Assembly (NCBI GenBank): GCA_951406725.2
Contig: OX597821.1
Span: 91,388,001-91,452,000, forward strand
Direction of reading: 5' to 3'
DNA from: Octopus vulgaris
Lineage: Eukaryota
Length of the DNA stretch: 64,000 nucleotides
The position numbers were made by a program, and so were the translations under genes. The notes beneath the pieces are model-generated. The model worked only from the letters and a program-made list of their open reading frames with translations, did no database searches and was not told the origin of the DNA. Position 1 is the stretch's first letter. Each line of letters begins with the position of its first letter. Shown piece after piece: positions 56,470-64,000 of this stretch.

Positions 56470-56682
56470 TTTAAGGTACCACATTAAGGTACCATCAGAA
56501 GGCACTACCAGCACCACTTCATCATAATCAGCAATTCTTCCATACTATTATAACCATTTCTACCACACCACTATCACCAGTCTTAATGCACTACAGCCAC
56601 AGGCTGTAAATCACGGGCATCACAAACTACCCCAATTCTGTTACATCATTATTGTTAAATCTGCACACTACCATGCTTTAAT

Positions 56683-56775
56683 TCTTTTATTCCTTTGCCT
56701 GTTTCAGTCATTTGACTGCGACCATGCTGGAGCACCATCTTAAAGGATCTTTAGTTGAAGAAATTGATCCCAGGA
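56683..56775 (-). mobile_element. CORE-SINE 3' tail fragment
   Basis: gtttcagtcatttgactgcgaccatgctggagcacc. Confidence 0.8.
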
Positions 56776-56849
56776 GAACCATTGCTATCACAACTACAAC
56801 CACTGCAACCATCACAAGCAACAACATCATCACCATAGCCACTAATATC

Positions 56850-57077
56850 AATTTCTTTACTAACCACAAGAGGCTAAACATAGAGGGGACGAACAAGGAA
56901 AGACAAACGGATTAAGTCGATTATATCGACCCAGTGCATAACTGGTACTTATTTAATCGACCCCGAAAGGATGAAAGGCAAAGTTGACCTCGCCGGAATT
57001 TGAACTCAGAACGTAATGGCAGACGAAATACAGCTAAGCATTTCACCCGGTGTGCTAATGCTTCTGCCAGCTCACTG
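56850..57077 (-). mobile_element. Nin/Deu-type SINE
   Basis: Family match. Confidence 0.9.
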
Positions 57078-57274
57078 CAACTAATATCATCATCACTAAC
57101 ACCATTAATGTTACATCTTTCATCACGTTCACAACAACCATTGCCTCTGTCACCACCAAACTTTCTTTTTCTTGACCATCCAAATACTACACAACCAAAC
57201 TTATTATCTCTCCTATTGTTAATAATGATGATGAAGTTCATCGTCAACATGACTGCATTAGAGCTACATTTTGT

Positions 57275-57320
57275 TTAATATATATATATATATATTATTT
57301 AATATATATATATATATTTG

Positions 57321-57367
<47 letters not shown>

Positions 57368-58041
57368 TGAACAGACCAAAATCGTAGATGACATATTATA
57401 GACAAAGAACAACTATAAATAATCACTCACACACATACACACACACACATACACACACATACACACACACACACACACACACGTACGTGCACACATATAC
57501 ACCAGTCCAGGCCATTACCTTCCACTAAAGCTTTATGCAGTGATCAAATGAAGCCAAGAATATATGAGCTAATTATAAAAAGTTAGAATGATAGCGGTTA
57601 TATTTTCTAATGAGTGTAAAAAATGCTATACTTCATCACAATTAATGAGAAGAGTACTAAGATGTGTATGTACATACATACATACATATATGCATAAACT
57701 CACATATATATATATGTATATATATATGTACATATATATGTACATATATATGTACATATGTATGTATATATGTATTTATATGTATATATGTATATGTAAG
57801 CACACATACAAACATCTACGTACAAATGTTTGTGTGTACATACACGCAGACACACACATATATATGCATATATATATATATACACACATGCATATTTATA
57901 CATGTGTATACACACACACACATATATATATATATACATATATAAACATAAATATATATATATATACATACATACACATATATACATATATACATATATA
58001 CATATATACATATATATATATAAATATATATATATATGTAT

Positions 58042-58121
<80 letters not shown>

Positions 58122-58125
58122 CATA
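57275..58125. repeat. (TA)/(CA) microsatellite region
   Basis: Directly visible. Confidence 0.9.
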
Positions 58126-58607
58126 AAGACCTCATCTCATCCAAATCGCTATTACTTCTGGTTATGGAGTTCTTACTGACAGAAAATCAAATATATTATA
58201 ACAATTTCAATGCTGTATTTTCTTCTCAATTAAAAGGCTGTTTCTTAGCATTTCATTTAAGATCACATTATAGTTAGCAACTTGAAAAACTGTAATCACC
58301 ATTTGCACTCGCACATATATGACTATCGGTGAGTTTGTCTGTGCTGTGTGTCTATGTGAGTGTAAACAAGCCTTTTGGATGCATCATGTAAACCACTGAT
58401 GGAGTATGGATAGAATTTTTCCACAAGGAAAATTTATTTGTGTGAGTATTTGTATATACCTTCTTAGATAAAAAGTTTGCTCTTTCTCTCTCTCTCTCTC
58501 TCTTTATAAATATATGTAAGTATATACATCTATCTCTATCTCTTCCATCCCTCCCTCTCGCTCTCTCTCATATATGTGTGTGTGAGTGTGTGTATGTGTA
58601 TATATAT

Positions 58608-58772
58608 AGGTGTAAGAGTGGTTGTGTGGTGAATAGCTTGCTTACGAACTACATGGTTCTAGCTTCAGTCCCACTGTGTGGCACCTAGGGCAAGTGTCTT
58701 CTACTATAGCCTCGGGCCAACCAAAGCCTAGTGAGTGGATTTGGTAGATGGAAACTGAAAGAATCCCATCGT
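58608..58772 (+). mobile_element. 5' half of CORE-type SINE
   Basis: Family match; ends at the internal (TA)n. Confidence 0.88.
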
Positions 58773-59825
58773 ATGTATATATAAATATATATATATATAT
58801 ATGATGACGACAATGACTGCAACAATTGTATGAACAAGGTAAGCAATCTATCTAAAATAAAAGAAAATGGCTTGGGATGTGATATACTAGTGTATTATAA
58901 AAGTGGAATGAAATATCTGTGAACTAAATCAATGAGGAGTGACCATCACCAAAACATATATAACCAGCACCAACACCAACACTACCACTATCAGCCCATC
59001 AGCTTTTAAATAACTGTAAAACACAGTAATAGCATTACTGTGTTAGTAATGCCTGTTTCTACATATGTTGTATGTCAACACAATGGAATATGTTTGTGTG
59101 TGTGTGTGTGTGTGTGTGAATTAAAAGTGGGATGTTTATAGCTTAAGCTAGAGATAGAAGGAATGAAGTGTTGATGAATCTGCTAACTCTTCAACTAAAT
59201 GGAATCGTATAGTAATTCTTCTACATCAAATTTGGAGCAAAATTGTGACACCAGCAAATGGTTTTAGATTTGAAAATGTCATAAAGGACGGTATTGTTGA
59301 GTTTCCTGTGTCCCAGAGGATGAATAAGTATCAAAAAATAACAACAAAAATGTTTAAAATGTGCATAACTAGAATTAAATAAATTCGCTTACTGCAAAAG
59401 AAGAGGAGTTGGAATCATGTAAGAAGCCAGATAGGAAACGGGCAGATGCTAGAAAGATAGAGGAAGAACAGAAGAAAGAGAGAGGGGAAGAAAGAAAGGG
59501 AGAAGGACAAAGAAGAAAGAAGAAAAAGACAAGTAAAAATAAAAAGGAGAGATGAAAGTCAGATTAAAAGATACAAATAATACAAGTGACAAGATGTATG
59601 TGGTACTGATGCAAGATTCCTGTCGTTTTCAATATTAATAATGTCCTGTCCAATCAGTTTTAAATGCTTATTTGATGAATAGCTATATAATAATTACTAC
59701 GCCATTTACAAATACTTATAAACCAAAGTTTCATTCTAGGTACTCATCACTGTCAGATGATCAGTTCTGCAAAACCTTGTGTAAGCTGATGAAGTCATTT
59801 CAGCTTCAACATAGTTGTGTAGCTA

Positions 59826-60040
59826 AGGTGGTGAGCTGGCAGAAACGTTAGCACGCTGGGCAAAATGCTTAGTGGTATTTCGTCTGTCTTTACGTTCTGA
59901 GTTCAAATTCTGCTGAGGTTGACTTTGCAGTTCATCCTTTTGAGATCGATGAATTAAGTACCAGTTGTGTACTGAGGTCAATCTAATCAACTGATGTCCT
60001 CCCCAAAAATTTCGGGCCTTATGTCTAGAGTAGAAAAGAA
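59826..60040 (+). mobile_element. Nin/Deu-type SINE with the alternative 3' tail
   Basis: ggtggtgagctggcagaaacgttagc...catccttttgagatcgat...aaaatttcgggcctt...tagagtagaaaagaat. Confidence 0.88.
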
Positions 60041-60589
60041 TATAGTTGCGTAACTGTGTACACCAGCATATCTACATATATGCATTATAATAGGACAGAA
60101 ATTCTAAGAAGCAGTCTGTGAAATATTTAATTTACAAATATGCATATATATATATATGATATGTAAATAAAATATTTCACCCCCCCATATATATATATAT
60201 GTATATATCTGTGTGTATATCTAAATTCTGTATGACACTTTTACTCTTTCCTTTAGCCCCCTCACACTCTTTGCATTCCTTCCAGTTTTCTTTTTCTCAC
60301 TCCCACCCTCTCTCACATTTCTTGGCTTTCCTTTCATTCTCATCACTTTCCCTCTTCCTTTACTTCACTCAGTCCCTTTCCTTTTTTCTCTCTTTGTCAT
60401 GCCTCCTTAATTCTTCAATCCCTCTAACCCCACCTCTCTCCTCTCCTTCCATGTGAGCAGTGTTCAGCCAAGCCTGACCTTTCTTGTTTCCACTACTATT
60501 CATGTAGCATCCCTTAAATTTTTTCCCATGACTTTTATCTTCTATGTTCCTGTTGTAAGGCTTCACTTCCACACACACCAGCTTAATTT

Positions 60590-60899
60590 AATTTGTCCTT
60601 AGTCGAAAGACACCTGTTGTTTGTTTTGTAATTGTGTACCATTTCTCCATTTATTGCATCCTTGTTCTTGTATACATTCACTTGTTTTCTTCCAAAGAAT
60701 CTAGTGCTGTTAGCTTAGATTTTCTTAGAGCAGTCTTGAGAGTAACTGGCTGAAACTGCAAAGACGATCTGGTACTTGACTGAAGATTGAAAGTTCTGAA
60801 TGACCCATCCTTGTTGTCTCCTGTCCTTTTTTGCATCATCTAACTGTCCGAATGTTTTGTTGTTACCTGTAACCTTCTTGTTCCATCTTTTGTTTTGTT

Positions 60900-60900
<1 letters not shown>
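60590..60900 (+). mobile_element. Unclassified repeat abutting (TA)n, possibly Penelope-like
   Basis: Contains gaaac...gta and ctgaaga boxes and a T-rich end at (TA)n, like the hammerhead-bearing remnants. Confidence 0.35.
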
Positions 60901-60934
<34 letters not shown>

Positions 60935-61775
60935 GTATATATATGTATATATATATACCAACACACACACACAGATATATAATACATATATGTATATATC
61001 AACATATATACACACGCTTCTATATATATGTGTGTGTTTGTGTATGTACGTATATATACTCACATATGTGTATAAACATTCACATATATACAAATACATT
61101 TTTCTTGGGTGTGTGTGAGCATGAGTGTATGTGTGTGTGCTGGTGTATGTATACGCTCATACAAATATACATAAATGAGTACATGTATAAGTACCAAGAT
61201 TCACTCACACCCAGATACACATACATACATATATACATACATATAGCTAGAAGACAAAGCTGTAAAGAAATGATAAAGTTATCTGAATATATACAAGCAA
61301 ATATTAAAGATTTCTCGCTGGTGGCAGTTAATTCTCTGCCAATACAATTAAACTTCATTGCTTGTTTCAATATAAAGAAAAGATAAATAGATAAAAGTTA
61401 AACGAAATCGAATAAAACACAATATAATATATTGAGTAAATAAACACCATTTATTTTTTTATGGTATCTTTATTAGTTTTTGTAGTTATGTTATTTTACT
61501 ATCTTATTTATTTTAGGTCTTAATTAGTTTTATATGTGTGTGTGTATGTGTATACTATGGTGTAGAGTACTCGTTCTTCCGTCATACAACACTAGGTGGA
61601 TATACATGCATATATATATATATACATACATATATATATATATACATACATATATATATATATATATGTATGTATGTATATATACATATAGATAAATAGA
61701 TATACAAATATATATGATATATGTATATATATATATACACACACATATATATATAACATATATACACACACACAC

Positions 61776-61822
<47 letters not shown>

Positions 61823-62012
61823 GATAATAATGGTTCTTTGTTTAAGAAATTCTCTTCATCACCACTTCATAATGGATTCAGTTCCACTGCACTGGGCAAG
61901 TGATTTTCGCAGTAACTCTAGGCTGAGTTCTGTCTGTGTGTATGGGTGTGTGTGTGTATGTGTGTGTGTATGTGTGTGTGTGTAGGCGTGTGTGTGTATG
62001 TGTCTCTTTGAG

Positions 62013-62052
<40 letters not shown>

Positions 62053-62058
<6 letters not shown>

Positions 62059-62159
62059 AAATTAAGAGGAATGACCACTAAAGTGGACACCTAATATGCT
62101 AAACATAGACATCAAATCGCCATTACCATGAAGAAAGTGTGGGTGAACAAACAGACACA

Positions 62160-62208
<49 letters not shown>

Positions 62209-62292
62209 TCTTCATGGTAATGGCGATTTGATATCTATGTTTAGCATATTAGGTGTCCACTTTAGTGGTCATTCCTCTTAATTTTGTATGTA
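62053..62292. repeat. Inverted repeat with about 83-bp arms around a (CA)n spacer
   Basis: 62053-62135 is the near-perfect reverse complement of 62208-62292. Confidence 0.92.
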
Positions 62293-62375
62293 ACGCAATT
62301 TTTAATCTTCAGATTTTTTAAAATACTGCTAAACCACTGGTTTTAATTCATTAATATCAATTTCTACCCTTATTA

Positions 62376-62415
<40 letters not shown>

Positions 62416-62880
62416 TATAGGTTAGAGGAAGGTGTATTTTTCTATATAGAATACACTTTGAAGTGCTCAAGAGATTTGATGAGTAAATGTAATGATAAGT
62501 ATGTTAAGCAAGTCGATCTACACAAAATATTAAATGCATTTAATAGAAAAAAATGTACATGTGTACAGATATATTCCATCTTTAAACTCCATCCTGTCAA
62601 CACCTCAAATGTAAAAGTCTCCAATGTAAAATTATCCCCTGAAGATGGAGGCAGTATCATCCAATAATGTATTCAAGTAACAATCATTATTCCTAAGCAC
62701 AAGCCCCCAGACACAGCTGTTGGGCTCCTAAACCTCTACTCGTTTAACTACTAATATTACTTATTGTTTGTAAGTTCAACTATTTTATATCCATACACAT
62801 ATACATTTTTTTCTATGAAATATATTTAATATTCTGTGTAACTCGACTCACCCAACTTGCTTGTCATTACATTGGATCAC

Positions 62881-63282
62881 AGGCGCAGGAGTGGCTGTGT
62901 GGTAAGTAGCTTGTTTACCAACCATATGGTTCCAGGTTCAGTCCCACTGCGTGGCACCTTGGGCAAGTGTCTTCTACTATAGCCTCGGTCCGACCAAAGC
63001 CTTGTGAGTGGATTTGGTAGACAGAAACTGAAAGAAGCCCGTCGTATATATGTATATATATGTGTGTGTGTGCGTGTATGTTTGTGTTTGTCCCCTTAAC
63101 ATTGCTTGACAACCGATGCTGGTGTGTTTATGTCCCCGTCACTTAGCGGTTCGGCAAAAGAGATTGATAGAATAAGTACTAGGCTTACAATGAATAAGTC
63201 CTGGGGTTGAGTTCCTTGATTAAAGGCGGTGCTCCAGCATGGCTGCAGTCAAATGACTGAAACAAGTAAAAGATTAAAGAGT
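62881..63282 (+). mobile_element. Full-length CORE-type tRNA SINE (reference copy)
   Basis: A-box tggctgtgtggt, B-box ggttcagtccc, CORE-like accttgggcaagtgtctt, internal (TA/TG)n, tail ggcggtgctccagcatgg...tgaaacaagtaaaaga. Confidence 0.93.
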
Positions 63283-63619
63283 ATATATATATGTATCAAT
63301 AGATAAAGAGATATAGATAGATAGACAATTACATCCATCCATCCATACATACATGATGATGGCCATCCACTCGTGACCAAGGAAGACCATTGCTGACTTT
63401 CAGGAACATTGCGTGCTCTAGGATTAACTTATATTTTGCATTTGTGGCCCTCTTGGTTATTAATGAGCCCTACTCTTGACAAGTATACATGACTACAAAC
63501 ATTGGAAAGCGAGCTTTCCCCATTCCCTACACCAGCAATGCACTTTCGAGTAGGACATTTAAGTTCTTCAAGCAGAATACGTGCTCTCTCAAAGGTGTCG
63601 ACCCCACCTCCTTAACCTG

Positions 63620-64000
63620 CTTCCCAACCACAAGGTTTTGGGTTCAGTCCCACTACATGGCATCTTGGGCAAGTGTCTTCTACAATAGCCTCAGGCCAAC
63701 CAAAGCCTTGTGAGTAGATTTAGTGGACAAAAACTGAAAGAAACCCGTCGTATGTGTCTGTGTGTGTGTGTATGTGTGTTTGTGTGTGTGTGTGTATTTG
63801 TGTTTCTGTTTGTTGTTCCACCATCACTTGACAGCCGATGCTGGTGTGTTTACATCCCTGTAACTTAGCGTTCCAGCAAAAGAAACTGACAGAATAAGTA
63901 CTAGGCTTACAAAGAACGAGTCCTAGGATCGATTTGTTCAACTAATGGTAGTGCTCCAGCAGAGCCACAGTCAAATGACTGAAACAAATAAAAGAATAAA
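63620..64000 (+). mobile_element. CORE-type SINE, diverged
   Basis: Family match through the tail. Confidence 0.88.

Noticed and set aside
59019-59045. 11-bp perfect hairpin aacacagtaat/attactgtgtt as a miRNA or terminator
   Set aside because: Too short for a pre-miRNA; probably a small local inverted duplication.
60735-60800. gaaac...gta...ctgaaga as a type II hammerhead
   Set aside because: Only 5 nt are available for helix I and no closing helix II was found.
62630-62675. CUGAAGA followed by a tgga/tcca stem (possible hammerhead)
   Set aside because: The GAAA box is absent; at best a dead remnant.
63350-63600. Possible minus-strand 3' end of another RTE family
   Set aside because: Only a short resemblance next to a gatgat run; no translatable motif confirmed.

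Overview
AT-rich, microsatellite-dense eukaryotic DNA. The repeat families (tRNA-derived CORE- and Nin/Deu-type SINEs, an RTE LINE with a (GAT)n tail) look like those I recall from octopus genomes; the taxon is an inference. I found no host protein-coding exon, tRNA, rRNA or CRISPR array, so the window is most likely intronic or intergenic, and nearly all listed ORFs are translations of (TA)n, (CA)n, (CAT)n or (AAT)n repeats. All recognisable coding remnants are transposon-derived: a 5'-truncated RTE LINE with a PHD-like finger inside its RT (30305-32862), a decayed Buster-type hAT transposase carrying three nested insertions (21429-24230), an RLE-type LINE (43.7-45.7 kb), mariner and Tc1 pieces, and CR1, RTE and L1-like fragments. 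The most interesting signals are: (i) several minimal type I hammerhead ribozyme motifs in Penelope-like remnants next to (TA)n tracts, two sharing a non-canonical A6U core and showing helix I covariation; (ii) the PHD-like finger inside the RTE RT; (iii) recurrent microsatellite-centred inverted duplications, including a pair about 9.7 kb apart. Coordinates of decayed elements are approximate.
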